Assembly (NCBI GenBank): GCA_002716945.1
Contig: PBCF01000002.1
Span: 142,404 to 206,403 of the forward strand
Direction of reading: 5' to 3'
Length of the DNA stretch: 64,000 nucleotides
Source of the DNA: Gammaproteobacteria bacterium
Lineage (GTDB): Bacteria > Pseudomonadota > Gammaproteobacteria > GCA-002705445 > GCA-002716945
Shown: piece after piece, positions 1 to 10,834 of the stretch
Numbering within the stretch: position 1 is the stretch's first letter
Layout of the letters: each line of letters begins with the position of its first letter
The notes under the pieces: generated by a model
What the model was told of the DNA's origin: nothing
Seen by the model: the letters and a program-made list of their open reading frames with translations, nothing else
Database searches by the model: none
Translations under genes and position numbers: made by a program

Positions 1-1836
1 AAAGTAGTAACAGACACAAAACCTATAGAAGATAAAGTTGATCCATCTTCTATTCATCAGTTTGAACGCCCAACAGAACCTGTTAAACGTGAGATAGAGG
101 TCTCTGATTCTATTACTGTTGGCGATCTTGCACAAAAAATGGCTGTTAAATCTTCTGATCTTATTAAAATTATGATGAAAATGGGTGTTATGGCGACTAT
201 CAATCAATCGTTGGATCAGGAAACTGCAATTTTAATAATTGAAGAGATGGGCCACATATCTGTGATTAAAGATGATGATATGCGTGACATAGAAAAATCA
301 ATTCAAATTAATGATTCTTCAGATGGGGAACCAAGGCCACCAATTGTAACCATTATGGGTCATGTTGATCATGGTAAAACATCTCTTTTAGATTATATAC
401 GAAAAACAAAAGTAGCCTCAACCGAAGCTGGTGGAATTACACAACATATTGGCGCATATAGAGTTAAAACATCACATGGAGAAATAACTTTTCTTGATAC
501 TCCTGGTCACGCTGCTTTTTCAGCTATGCGCGCTAGAGGTTCGCTGATAACTGACATTATTGTTTTAATTGTTTCTGCGGATGATGGAATGATGCCGCAA
601 ACTGAAGAAGCAATCGAACATGCCCAATCAGCTAAAGTTCCAATTATTGTTGCTATAAATAAGATAGATAAAGAAAATGCTGATCCAGAAAAAGTTCAAA
701 ATCAGTTGAGTAAAAAAAACATAATATCTGAAGATTGGGGAGGCGATACAATTTTTGTTAAAATTTCTGCAGCGACAGGCGAAGGTATAGATACATTATT
801 AGAATCAATCTCATTACAATCAGAAATATTAGAACTCAAAGCTACAAAATCTGCACCGGCGATTGGGTCAATTATAGAATCATCATTAGATAAAGGGCTT
901 GGATCAATAGCAACAATACTTATACAGAAAGGGACGTTAAAGAAAAAAGATTATGTGCTAGTTGGAAAAGAATTTGGAAGAATTAGAGCTATGTATAATG
1001 AATACAATAAAGAAGTTGATTTAGCCGAACCAGGACACCCCGTTGTTATTACTGGTCTTTCGGGAACTCCTGATGTTGGAGATCAATTAATGGTGATTGA
1101 AGATGAAAAGAGAGTCAAAGAAATTGCTTCTGCAAGGGAATCAAAACAGAAGGAAATAGAAATGCAATCTAAACAAAAGAACTTTAGCTTAGAAACATTT
1201 TCTCCAGATAATAAAAACAATAAAAAAGTGATTAATCTGCTTATTAAATCTGACGTTCAAGGCAGTGCAGAGGCGATAACACAAACTCTACAAAATATAA
1301 AAAACGACGATGTTGGTCTAGAAATTATTTACAGTGGCGTAGGTGGCATAAATGAATCAGATGTTAATTTAGCAATGAGTTCAGAATCTACAATTGTAGG
1401 ATTTAATGTAAGGGCAGACTCAAAGGCTAAAAAAATAATTGAAACAAACCAAATAAATTTACAATATTTTAGTGTAATTTATGATCTTATTGATCATATC
1501 AAACAAAAATTATCTGGATTACTCGAACCAGATATCAAAGAAGAGATCATTGGTGTTGCAGAAGTTAAAGATGTATTTAGATCTTCAAAATTAGGAGCCA
1601 TAGCCGGTTCAATTGTTACCGAAGGTATAGTACAAAAAAGTCAACCAATTAGAGTTTTGAGAGATAATATAGTTATATATGAAGGTGAACTAGAATCTTT
1701 AAGAAGATTTAAAGATGATGTTGCAGAAGTTAAAAGTGGAACAGAATGCGGGATTGGTGTTAAAGATTATAATGATATTAAATCTGGAGATCAAATAGAA
1801 GTATTTAAAAAAATAGAAATCAAAAGAACTATTTAA
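1..1836 (+). CDS. infB: Translation initiation factor IF-2, 5'-truncated at the window edge; frame is open from nt 1
   Basis: GTP-binding G-domain motifs ([18 protein letters not shown]) and an IF-2 C-terminal domain; the reading frame continues upstream of the first ATG to position 1. Confidence 0.93.
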   Translation, partial: KVVTDTKPIEDKVDPSSIHQFERPTEPVKREIEVSDSITVGDLAQKMAVKSSDLIKIMMKMGVMATINQSLDQETAILIIEEMGHISVIKDDDMRDIEKSIQINDSSDGEPRPPIVTIMGHVDHGKTSLLDYIRKTKVASTEAGGITQHIGAYRVKTSHGEITFLDTPGHAAFSAMRARGSLITDIIVLIVSADDGMMPQTEEAIEHAQSAKVPIIVAINKIDKENADPEKVQNQLSKKNIISEDWGGDTIFVKISAATGEGIDTLLESISLQSEILELKATKSAPAIGSIIESSLDKGLGSIATILIQKGTLKKKDYVLVGKEFGRIRAMYNEYNKEVDLAEPGHPVVITGLSGTPDVGDQLMVIEDEKRVKEIASARESKQKEIEMQSKQKNFSLETFSPDNKNNKKVINLLIKSDVQGSAEAITQTLQNIKNDDVGLEIIYSGVGGINESDVNLAMSSESTIVGFNVRADSKAKKIIETNQINLQYFSVIYDLIDHIKQKLSGLLEPDIKEEIIGVAEVKDVFRSSKLGAIAGSIVTEGIVQKSQPIRVLRDNIVIYEGELESLRRFKDDVAEVKSGTECGIGVKDYNDIKSGDQIEVFKKIEIKRTI

Positions 1837-1838
1837 AA

Positions 1839-2183
1839 ATGACTAATCGCATATATAAAATTCAAGATCTTTTGCACAAAGAAATTGCACAATTACTTTT
1901 AAAAGACATTCAAAACCCTATTCTTGATAGTTTTATTACTATTTCAGGTGTATCTGTGAGTAAAGACTTAAAAAACGCTGAAGTATTTTTCACTACATTA
2001 GATACAAAAAAGAGTAAAATTCAAGATGAATTAAATAAATCTAAAAATTTTATTAAGAAAGAATTATCAAAAAGAATTCATTTAAAAAGAGTACCAAATT
2101 TAAAATTTACATATGATAAAACAGCTGAATCTAGTCAAAAAATAGACAAGATAATAAAATCAGTTACTATTCCAGAAAAATAA
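1839..2183 (+). CDS. rbfA: Ribosome-binding factor A
   Basis: Size (114 aa), conserved position between infB and truB, KH-like RbfA sequence. Confidence 0.85.
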   Translation: MTNRIYKIQDLLHKEIAQLLLKDIQNPILDSFITISGVSVSKDLKNAEVFFTTLDTKKSKIQDELNKSKNFIKKELSKRIHLKRVPNLKFTYDKTAESSQKIDKIIKSVTIPEK

Positions 2184-2185
2184 AA

Positions 2186-2920
2186 ATGGATGGAATAATT
2201 TTTATAGACAAAGCTCCAAATATTACATCAAATCAAACTTTGAAACAGATCAGAAGAGAATTAAATCTTAAAAGTAAGTCAGGAATTGTTGGAATATTAG
2301 ATCCTTTAGCAACTGGCATGTTACCTATAGTTATAGGAAAAGCTACAAAACTTTCAAAACATATTGAATCATTTAAAAAAACTTACCACGTCAAATGTGA
2401 GTTAGGGAAAAAGAGTACTACAGGTGATTATGAAGGTATAATCACTCAATCTCATCTTGATAGTGGAAAAAAAATTCATGCAAATGACATTATAAATATA
2501 TTTAAAAAATTTTTAGGCAAACAAAATCAAATACCTCCAATGTATAGTGGTCTAAAAATTAATGGCAAAAAATTATATAAACTTGCAAGGCAAGGTATTG
2601 TTATACCAAGGAAACCTCGCAAAATCTTTATTTATGATTTAAAATATATTCAATTAGAAAATCTCTCGTTAGAGTTTGTGGTTACATGCTCAAAAGGAAC
2701 TTATATAAGAACCTTAGTTGAAGATATTTGTTCTAGCTTAGGAACATCAGGATATGTAACTTTCTTACGAAGAATTAAGGTTGGTTCATTTTCTGAAAAA
2801 AATATGATTACTATCAACAACTTGCCCAAAGTAATTAATATACAGTCAAATTATTTTTTTTGCCCAGAAGATATTTTAATATTAATACCTAATAATGGTT
2901 GTAATATTTCAAACTCATGA
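2186..2920 (+). CDS. truB: tRNA pseudouridine-55 synthase TruB, short form apparently lacking the C-terminal PUA domain
   Basis: GxLDPLATGMLPIxxGxATK catalytic motif; 244 aa, against about 314 aa in E. coli; ends in TGA. Confidence 0.88.
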   Translation: MDGIIFIDKAPNITSNQTLKQIRRELNLKSKSGIVGILDPLATGMLPIVIGKATKLSKHIESFKKTYHVKCELGKKSTTGDYEGIITQSHLDSGKKIHANDIINIFKKFLGKQNQIPPMYSGLKINGKKLYKLARQGIVIPRKPRKIFIYDLKYIQLENLSLEFVVTCSKGTYIRTLVEDICSSLGTSGYVTFLRRIKVGSFSEKNMITINNLPKVINIQSNYFFCPEDILILIPNNGCNISNS

Positions 2921-2948
2921 TAGAATTCTTTCGTTAATGGAGAAAAAT

Positions 2949-3218
2949 ATGGCACTAGAAAATAATGCCAAAGTTGGTTTAGTAAAAAAACATGGTAAGA
3001 AAGAGTCGGATTGTGGTTCCAGCGAAGTTCAAATAGCACTACTTACAGAAAATATCAATAATTTAACTAATCATTTCACCAAGAATACAAAAGATTCTCA
3101 TTCTAAGAGAGGATTATTGAAAATGGTTATGAAAAGAAGATCTTTATTAAAATACCTTAAAAAGAAGAATATAACTAGTTACGAAAATCTTGTTAAAGAA
3201 TTAGGATTAAGAAAATAA
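2949..3218 (+). CDS. rpsO: 30S ribosomal protein S15
   Basis: An 89-aa S15-like sequence starting at the internal ATG of the 2895 ORF; conserved position upstream of pnp. Confidence 0.88.
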   Translation: MALENNAKVGLVKKHGKKESDCGSSEVQIALLTENINNLTNHFTKNTKDSHSKRGLLKMVMKRRSLLKYLKKKNITSYENLVKELGLRK

Positions 3219-3221
3219 TTA

Positions 3222-5285
3222 ATGTTTAAAAAAATATTTCAAGTAGGCAATCAATCAGTCAAGATTGAGACAGGGGTTATAGCAAAGCAGACTGACGCGT
3301 CAGCAATGGTAGATATAGAGGGTACTGTAGTCCTTGCAACATTAGTCGCATCAAAAGAAGATACTGATAGAGATTTTTTTCCTCTTACCGTTAATTATAA
3401 TGAAAAAACTTATGCTGCAGGAAAAATACCTGGTGGTTTCTTCAAACGTGAAGGTAGACCTACAGAAAAAGAAACTCTTATAAGTAGATTAATAGATAGA
3501 CCTTTGAGACCACTCTTTGATTCATCATATACACGTGAAGTTCAGATAATCATAACATTATTATCTTTAAACCCTGATGTTGATGCAGAAGTTGCATCTT
3601 TGATAGCTGCTTCAACGGTTGTGAAATTATCAGGCTTGCCTTTTAATGGAACTCTTGGTGCTGTAAAAATTGGATATGATGGATCGGAATATCTTCTTAA
3701 TCCAAACTCTGAAACTTTAAAAAATTCAAAACTTGATTTAACAGTAGCAGGCACAGAAAATGCAGTCTTAATGGTTGAGTCCGAAGCAAAAGGATTGAGC
3801 GAAGAAGTAATGTTAGGCGCTGTCACTTATGGTCATGAAAATATGCAAGCTATAATTACCGCCATAAATGAATTATGTGAAGAAGCTCAAATTATAAAAT
3901 TAGATTGGAATCCGGAAGATATCGATATGAGCGAGTATGAGACATTTAAAAAGAAATACTCAAGTAAGATAACTGATGCTTATAAAATAACAAAAAAACA
4001 AGAAAGAAATTTAGCTTTATCTGCAATAAAAGAAGAAATCATACCAGATAATGAAGAAGATGAAGAAAAGATAAAAAAATTATTAAATTACTTAGAAAAA
4101 TTACAAAAAGAAATTGTTAGAAAAAAAGTATTAAATGGTGAAAAAAGAATAGATGGTCGTGACACAACTACAGTTCGTCCTATAAGTATAAATTTAGGAA
4201 TTTTACCAAGAACTCATGGGTCCGCATTATTTACACGTGGTGAAACACAAGCTTTAGTAGTAACAACACTTGGTACTGATAAAGATGCTCAAATAATAGA
4301 TTCTTTGACGGGCAAAATAGAAGATACATTAATTTTTCATTATAACTTCCCGCCTTATTCTGTTGGAGAAATTGGTATGATTGGTTCACCAAAAAGAAGA
4401 GAAATAGGACACGGTAAGTTAGCTAGAAGAGGAATACAAGCTGTTATTCCTACACAAGAACAATTTCCATACACTCTCAGAGTGGTTTCTGAAATAATGG
4501 AATCAAATGGTTCAAGTTCTATGGCCTCTGTATGTGGTTCAAGTTTATCATTAATGGATGCAGGAGTTCCAATCAGTGCTCCAGTTGCTGGAATTGCCAT
4601 GGGTCTTATTAAGGAAGACGATAATTTTGTTGTATTAACTGATATTCTTGGAGATGAAGATCATCTTGGAGATATGGATTTTAAAGTAGCTGGAACACAA
4701 GATGGTATAACAGCATTACAAATGGACATTAAAATTGATGGAATTACTACAGAAATAATGTCAAAAGCATTAGCTCAAGCTAAAGATGCAAGAATACATA
4801 TTCTTAACGAGATGAATAAAGCTATAGAAAAACCACGTGAACAAATGTCACAATTTGCTCCAAGGTATACGCATATGAAAATTGATTCATCCAAGATTGC
4901 AGAGGTCATTGGTAAAGGCGGAGCGGTCATCAGATCAATTGTTGAGGAAAGTGGAGCTGTGATTGATATAAATGATGACGGAGTTATTAAAATTGCTGCG
5001 AGCGATCAATCTAAAAGTGATCATGCTAAATCAATTATTGAAGAGATTACAGCTGGACCGCAAATTAATAAAGTTTATGAGGGAAAAGTTTCTAAAATTA
5101 TGGATTTCGGAGCATTTGTTAGTATTACTCCCAATAAAGATGGTTTAGTACATATATCTCAAATCAGCCAAGAACGTGTAGAAAACGTTCGAGATGTGTT
5201 ATCCGAAGGTGATGAAGTTAAAGTTAAAGTTTTAGATATTGACAGACAAGGAAGAGTTAAACTTACAATGAAAGATATTGACTAA
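3222..5285 (+). CDS. pnp: Polyribonucleotide nucleotidyltransferase (PNPase)
   Basis: Two RNase PH domains, a KH domain and a C-terminal S1 domain; FFPLTVNY and [11 protein letters not shown] motifs. Confidence 0.95.
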   Translation: MFKKIFQVGNQSVKIETGVIAKQTDASAMVDIEGTVVLATLVASKEDTDRDFFPLTVNYNEKTYAAGKIPGGFFKREGRPTEKETLISRLIDRPLRPLFDSSYTREVQIIITLLSLNPDVDAEVASLIAASTVVKLSGLPFNGTLGAVKIGYDGSEYLLNPNSETLKNSKLDLTVAGTENAVLMVESEAKGLSEEVMLGAVTYGHENMQAIITAINELCEEAQIIKLDWNPEDIDMSEYETFKKKYSSKITDAYKITKKQERNLALSAIKEEIIPDNEEDEEKIKKLLNYLEKLQKEIVRKKVLNGEKRIDGRDTTTVRPISINLGILPRTHGSALFTRGETQALVVTTLGTDKDAQIIDSLTGKIEDTLIFHYNFPPYSVGEIGMIGSPKRREIGHGKLARRGIQAVIPTQEQFPYTLRVVSEIMESNGSSSMASVCGSSLSLMDAGVPISAPVAGIAMGLIKEDDNFVVLTDILGDEDHLGDMDFKVAGTQDGITALQMDIKIDGITTEIMSKALAQAKDARIHILNEMNKAIEKPREQMSQFAPRYTHMKIDSSKIAEVIGKGGAVIRSIVEESGAVIDINDDGVIKIAASDQSKSDHAKSIIEEITAGPQINKVYEGKVSKIMDFGAFVSITPNKDGLVHISQISQERVENVRDVLSEGDEVKVKVLDIDRQGRVKLTMKDID

Positions 5286-6971
5286 TTAATCTGACATATG
5301 ATGCTTTTTAGCAACAGGACTAATTAGAAAATTTGAAATTAAAGCCACTCCAAGAAGTATAGCCATTAAAATCATTGTTGAGTTATAGACCGTTGTCGAA
5401 GGATCAGCTATCCCCTCTGGCGCAATTTCCATTAGTTTTGAAATAGTTACTGTTTTAGTTGCTACTAATTGATTAAAGTTTTCAATTCCAGAACCAAATG
5501 TTTCTTTAAACTTGACCGGATCAATTTGTGTTACTAATTCTTCCATTGCGTTATTTATAGAATTTGATCTTAGAGATGTTATTGCAAGAGGACCTAAAAT
5601 ACCTGCAGTACTCCATGCAGTCAAAAGCCTGCCATGAATACCACCAACATATCTGGTTCCAAAGATGTCAGCTAAGTATGCTGGTATGGTCGCGAACCCA
5701 CCACCATACATTGTAAAAATAATCATAGTCGCTGCATAAAAGTAAACCAATAATACAATATTTGGATTAACATTAACTTGTGATGCTGTGTACGGAATTG
5801 ATAGATATAAAATTATCCCCAAGATAAAGAATATATAATATGTATTTTTTCTACCTATATAGTCTGATGTGCTTGCCCAAAAAAATCGACCTATCATATT
5901 AAAAACACTTATCATTAAAACATAGGTTGCTGCGAATGCATTGTCTACAACACTTGGAAGAGCACTACTAAATATTTCTGTCATCATTGTTTTAGCAACC
6001 CCTAGAACCCCTATCCCTGCTGTGACATTAAAACATAGGACTATCCATAACATATAGAATTGAGGAGTCTTAAGTGCTTGATCAATATGAACATGATTTT
6101 TTGTAATTAACTTCTTTTCAAGATCAGAATCATCTGGTTTAGTCCAATTTTTTGGTTTCCAACCATCTGCTGGTATACGATATGAAAATGCAGCAATCGT
6201 CATTATTAGGAAATATATTATTCCAAGCGACATGAACGCAAAACCTATTCCCGTATCTCCAGTACCAACCAAATACACTCCAAGGTTTCCAGGCTGTATC
6301 ATATTCACAATATCATTACTTCCAACAACAACAACTTCTCGAATCACACCATTTATCTCAGTGTATCTAATTCCGTCAATTGTTTTTAAAATAACTTGAT
6401 CAACAGATCCTAAAAATTCTGGTGCATGGTAAAAGAAATCTATTAAAAATTCTTTCAAAGGAGCACCAATCATGGCGCCGCCACCAAAACCCATTATTGC
6501 CATACCTGCAGCCATACCACGTCTATCCGGAAACCATCTAATCAGCGTCGACACCGGTGAGACGTATCCTAACCCAAGTCCACAACCACCAAACACTCCA
6601 TATCCAAGATAAATTAACCATAACTGATGAGTGAATATACCAATACTGCCAATTAAAAACCCTCCACCCCAAAGGCATGCTGCAACAAAACCAACAAGTC
6701 TTGGCCCAACTTCTTCTAACCACTTACCAGCAAAGGCAGCTGCAAATCCAAGAGATACTATAGAGACAGAAAATATCCAAACAACTTCACTCAGCGTCCA
6801 ATCTTGAGATGCGCTTGTTACGACACCTAAGGACTTTATTAAAGCGGGATTAAATATACTCCAAGCATATACTGACCCTATGCACAAATGAATGGCAATA
6901 GATGCAGGAGGAACTAGCCATCTATTAAAATCTTTCCCAGCAATGATCCTTTCTTTTGAGAATATATTCAT
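5286..6971 (-). CDS. MFS transporter of the oxalate/formate antiporter (OFA) family, with a long central loop insert and a C-terminal extension; candidate monocarboxylate (acetate?) carrier
   Basis: OFA-like N-terminal half (WLVPPASIAIHLCIGSVYAWSIF, GFxAAFAGKWLEExGPR), about 12 predicted TM segments, 561 aa; its start is 1 nt downstream of the acs stop on the same strand. Confidence 0.75.
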   Translation of the reverse strand: MNIFSKERIIAGKDFNRWLVPPASIAIHLCIGSVYAWSIFNPALIKSLGVVTSASQDWTLSEVVWIFSVSIVSLGFAAAFAGKWLEEVGPRLVGFVAACLWGGGFLIGSIGIFTHQLWLIYLGYGVFGGCGLGLGYVSPVSTLIRWFPDRRGMAAGMAIMGFGGGAMIGAPLKEFLIDFFYHAPEFLGSVDQVILKTIDGIRYTEINGVIREVVVVGSNDIVNMIQPGNLGVYLVGTGDTGIGFAFMSLGIIYFLIMTIAAFSYRIPADGWKPKNWTKPDDSDLEKKLITKNHVHIDQALKTPQFYMLWIVLCFNVTAGIGVLGVAKTMMTEIFSSALPSVVDNAFAATYVLMISVFNMIGRFFWASTSDYIGRKNTYYIFFILGIILYLSIPYTASQVNVNPNIVLLVYFYAATMIIFTMYGGGFATIPAYLADIFGTRYVGGIHGRLLTAWSTAGILGPLAITSLRSNSINNAMEELVTQIDPVKFKETFGSGIENFNQLVATKTVTISKLMEIAPEGIADPSTTVYNSTMILMAILLGVALISNFLISPVAKKHHMSD

Positions 6972-6972
6972 T

Positions 6973-8928
6973 CTAATGTATGTCTTTTAATTGATTTAAA
7001 ATATTTTCATTTTCTAGAGTAGATGTGTCTCCAGAAATTTCTTCACCCCGAGCTACGTTTCGAAGAAGCCTTCTCATTATCTTTCCCGATCTAGTCTTTG
7101 GAAGGTTTGTTGAAAATGATATACGATCTGGTTTAGCTATAGAACCAATTTTTATTTTAACCCATTCTCTAAGTTCATCAGCAAATTGTTTTCCAGCATA
7201 TGATTTAAAATTATCTCGAAGAACAACAAATGAATGAATTGCTTCACCTTTAATATCATGCGGAAAACTAACAACAGCAGACTCTGCGACATATTTATGA
7301 GAGACAAGAGCAGATTCAATTTCCATTGTTCCTAGTCTGTGACCCGAAACATTAACCACATCATCTGATCTCCCCATAATCCAGACATTTCCATCTTTAT
7401 CTTTCCTAGCAGTATCACCGGTAATATAAAACCTGTTATCATATTTTTCCCAGTATGTTTTGATATATCTTTCTTCATCACCCCAAATACCCCTCAACAT
7501 AGATGGCCATGGTTTTTTGATAACTAGATTGCCACCTTGTTTTGTGTCTTTTACTTCATTTCCTTCAGAATCAACAACTCCAATTTCTATGCCTGGAAGT
7601 GGCTTTGTGCATGTTCCAGGAATAATTGGATATATTCCAGGAAGTGGAGCAATCATATTTGCCCCAGTTTCAGTTTGCCACCAAGTATCTACAATTGGAC
7701 AATTTTCTTTTCCAATAGTTTTATGGTACCAAATCCAAGCTTCTGGGTTAATTGGTTCACCAACAGTGCCTAATAACCTCAAAGAGTCTAATTTATGTCT
7801 TTTGGGTAATTCATCACCAAGTTTCATTAAAGTTCTGATTGCTGTTGGAGCTGTATAAAATACTGTCACCTGATTTTCGTCTATAATTTTCCAAAATCTA
7901 TCCCCATCAGGATATGTTGGTGCGCCATCATATATTAGAATAGTTGAACCAAGCGCAAGCGGCCCATACACAACATAGCTATGGCCAGTTATCCATCCTA
8001 TATCAGCAGTACACCAAAAAATATCATCATCTTTTAAATCAAAAACCCATTTATTAGTAAGCAAACAATTTAGTAGGTAGCCCGCCGAACTATGTATAAT
8101 TCCTTTAGGCTTTCCTGTTGATCCAGATGTATACAAAATAAATAATAAATCTTCTGCCATCATTTCTTCAGGAGTTATAATTTTATCATTTGTATCTATT
8201 ATTTTATCCCACCAAATATCCCTAGATTCATCAAAATTAATTTCTTCAGAAGAATTTTTGTATACTATACAGTGTTGGATAGAAGGACAACCCATAGCTA
8301 AAGCTCTATCAACCGTCTCCTTGGCTTGTATAAATTTTCCACCTCTTTTAAACGAATCTACGGTAATTACTACTTTTGCTGAACAATCATTTATTCTATC
8401 TTTCAGAGATTCAGATGAGAATCCTGCAAAAACAACCGAGTGGATTAGCCCTAATCGAGCACATGATAACATTGCTGTTATAGATTCTGGAATTGTAGGC
8501 ATGTATATAATAACTCTATCTTGTTTTTTTAAGCCAAGATTTTTTAAACCAGATGAAAATGAATTAACTTTTGAAAACAATTCATTGTAACTAAGAGAAT
8601 TAATTTGATTATCTTCAGAGACATGCTTAATTGCTATTTTGTCTTTTTTATCTGTCTCAATATGTCTATCTAAACAATTTGCAGAGATATTAAGAGTCCC
8701 ATCTTCAAACCATTTAAAAAAGGGAGATCTACCAGTACAGACACTAGTAAATTTTTTTATCCATGTTATTTCATTAACTGCTAATTCTTTCCAAAATAAA
8801 CTTGAATCTGTTTTGTATTTTTTTATTAATTTATCTAAAGTTCTACTATTAAGATTAGCTTGGTGTACAAACTCTTCCGAAGGTTTGAAAACTCTTTTTT
8901 CTTTAAGTTTTGATTCTATATTTTTCAT
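6973..8928 (-). CDS. acs: Acetyl-CoA synthetase
   Basis: 651 aa, AMP-binding signature YTSGSTGKPKG, conserved C-terminal lysine motif (SGKIMRR). Confidence 0.95.
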   Translation of the reverse strand: MKNIESKLKEKRVFKPSEEFVHQANLNSRTLDKLIKKYKTDSSLFWKELAVNEITWIKKFTSVCTGRSPFFKWFEDGTLNISANCLDRHIETDKKDKIAIKHVSEDNQINSLSYNELFSKVNSFSSGLKNLGLKKQDRVIIYMPTIPESITAMLSCARLGLIHSVVFAGFSSESLKDRINDCSAKVVITVDSFKRGGKFIQAKETVDRALAMGCPSIQHCIVYKNSSEEINFDESRDIWWDKIIDTNDKIITPEEMMAEDLLFILYTSGSTGKPKGIIHSSAGYLLNCLLTNKWVFDLKDDDIFWCTADIGWITGHSYVVYGPLALGSTILIYDGAPTYPDGDRFWKIIDENQVTVFYTAPTAIRTLMKLGDELPKRHKLDSLRLLGTVGEPINPEAWIWYHKTIGKENCPIVDTWWQTETGANMIAPLPGIYPIIPGTCTKPLPGIEIGVVDSEGNEVKDTKQGGNLVIKKPWPSMLRGIWGDEERYIKTYWEKYDNRFYITGDTARKDKDGNVWIMGRSDDVVNVSGHRLGTMEIESALVSHKYVAESAVVSFPHDIKGEAIHSFVVLRDNFKSYAGKQFADELREWVKIKIGSIAKPDRISFSTNLPKTRSGKIMRRLLRNVARGEEISGDTSTLENENILNQLKDIH

Positions 8929-8944
8929 TTCGAATATACATCTT

Positions 8945-9391
8945 TTAGTCTATTCGAGTTTTTTCCATTCGTTCATGGCGTTCCTGCGCTTCAATAGATA
9001 ATGTAGCTATAGGACGAGCTTCCAGTCTTTTAATACCAATTGGCTCTCCTGTATCTTCACAAAAACCGTATGTTCCTTCTTCAATTCTTTGTAATGCTTG
9101 ATCAATTTTTAGAATAAGCTTTCTTTCTCTATCTCTAGTTCTCAATTCTAATCTAAACTCTTCTTCTTGAGTTGCCGCATCATTAGGATCTGATAATTTA
9201 GATGAATCTTGCTTCATGTGCTCAACAGTCTTATCAACTTCTTTCATCAACAACTTTTTCCATTCATAGAGAATAAACTTGAAGTGTTTAATTTGTTCTG
9301 GAGACATATATTCTTCACCTTTTGTGGCCTTGTATGGCTTAAAGTCAAGAAATTTAAATAGGTCTTTGTTTTTTGGAATCTTATTATTCAT
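8945..9391 (-). CDS. dksA: RNA polymerase-binding transcription factor DksA, variant lacking the Cys4 zinc finger
   Basis: Coiled-coil with a conserved acidic tip (DxxDxA...QEEE) and a C-terminal globular domain; only 1 of the 4 zinc-finger Cys positions is retained (C-E-D-T ... S-I-E-A). Confidence 0.85.
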   Translation of the reverse strand: MNNKIPKNKDLFKFLDFKPYKATKGEEYMSPEQIKHFKFILYEWKKLLMKEVDKTVEHMKQDSSKLSDPNDAATQEEEFRLELRTRDRERKLILKIDQALQRIEEGTYGFCEDTGEPIGIKRLEARPIATLSIEAQERHERMEKTRID

Positions 9392-9440
9392 CTATAAATA
9401 GAATATTCTGCATGTTGACAGTTACTATATCAAGCTATTT

Positions 9441-10790
9441 TTATTTTTTTGTATCAATTTTTACTTTTCCGTCATAAAATTCAGCTGTAAAGGATGCCAC
9501 ATCCACTAAATCTATCTTTTTTTTAATAATTTCTCCATTTTGGTTTCGAATAATGGCGAATCCCTTTTTGAGTATTTTATTTGGACTCAGGTTTAATATT
9601 TCCTTTTTAAGACTATGAAAATTATTCTTGTTAATATTGTATTTGCTATCAAATTGCATCAGAAGGTTGTTTTTTAATGATATTTGATTTTGTTGCATTC
9701 CTTGAAACTTATTTTTAAGAAATTCAAAAAACAAGCTTAGATTCTTATCTATTACATTATAGATATTTAGTCGATTATTTAGAACATTTTTTAATTCATT
9801 AATAAGTTCTTTATTTTGATTATAATAATTAGATTTCATTTCATTAATTAATTTTTTAGGATTAAAATTTTCTATTTCCGATTTTATAGTCTGAGTTTTT
9901 AGTTTAAAACCCTGAAAAGTAATTTTAGTTTTTTCCTTTAAATGTAATTCGTATTCAATAAAGTTCTTTATCATATCATTTTTATCTGGTGTTATTTTTT
10001 CCGCCGCAGCTGTTGGCGTTTCGGCAGATATATCAGCAACATAATCTGCAATTGTTATATCAGGTTGATGTCCTATTCCTGTTACTATAGGAATATTTGA
10101 TTTATATATTGATCTTGCTAAATCTTCATCATTAAAACACATCAAATCTTCAAACGAACCTCCACCTCTAACAAGCATCAGAACATCGCAAATTTTATCA
10201 ATATTTGCATTATTTATTTGAGTAATAATATTTTGTGCAGCTTCATTACCTTGGACCAAAGTTGGATATATAAATACATTACTAATAGGAAAACGGTTTT
10301 TTAATCTAGATATAACATCTTGAAGAGCATCACTATCTTTTGATGTGATCACACCAATAGCCATTGGGAATTTATTAGGTATTAGTTTTTCTTCTTTTTC
10401 AAAGAGACCTTCATTTTCTAGTTTTTTTCTTATAGCTTCTACAATCTCTTTTAACCTTCCTTCACCATGCTCAACAATCTTAGAAACTATGATTTGACCA
10501 AAAGATGGTTTACCATACTTAGGGACATAATAATTAATATTACCAGTGATAATTACTTCTTTATTTTCATATTCTTTAATATTTTTTTCTCCAACCAAAC
10601 TTGCATATCTTATGCATTTTATTGATGATGATTCATCCTTCAGTTCAAAAAATTCATGACCATTTGCTGAGATGCTTACATCATTGATTTCACCAATTAC
10701 TGATACAGGATAGTCAAATGCTGCATCCATAACATCATGCAAGATATTATTAAGTTCTGTCACACTAATTGGCTTGTGAAGATTTTTCAT
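9441..10790 (-). CDS. xseA: Exodeoxyribonuclease VII large subunit
   Basis: 449 aa, N-terminal OB fold plus catalytic domain; divergent from guaBA as in E. coli. Confidence 0.85.
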   Translation of the reverse strand: MKNLHKPISVTELNNILHDVMDAAFDYPVSVIGEINDVSISANGHEFFELKDESSSIKCIRYASLVGEKNIKEYENKEVIITGNINYYVPKYGKPSFGQIIVSKIVEHGEGRLKEIVEAIRKKLENEGLFEKEEKLIPNKFPMAIGVITSKDSDALQDVISRLKNRFPISNVFIYPTLVQGNEAAQNIITQINNANIDKICDVLMLVRGGGSFEDLMCFNDEDLARSIYKSNIPIVTGIGHQPDITIADYVADISAETPTAAAEKITPDKNDMIKNFIEYELHLKEKTKITFQGFKLKTQTIKSEIENFNPKKLINEMKSNYYNQNKELINELKNVLNNRLNIYNVIDKNLSLFFEFLKNKFQGMQQNQISLKNNLLMQFDSKYNINKNNFHSLKKEILNLSPNKILKKGFAIIRNQNGEIIKKKIDLVDVASFTAEFYDGKVKIDTKK

Positions 10791-10834
10791 ATATAAACTA
10801 TTTCCTATAATAACTTTAATATGTATAATATAGA

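Noticed and set aside
7460-7858. Long antisense ORFs inside conserved genes (for example 7460-7858 and 8258-8590 opposite acs; 25619-26056 opposite xerD; 41172-41645 opposite leuB; 58778-59236 opposite tyrA; 3542-3826 and 4355-4600 opposite pnp)
   Set aside because: They lie entirely within and antisense to strongly conserved housekeeping genes, and have low-complexity or odd composition with no recognisable motifs. They are most likely shadow ORFs of the sense-strand codon structure.
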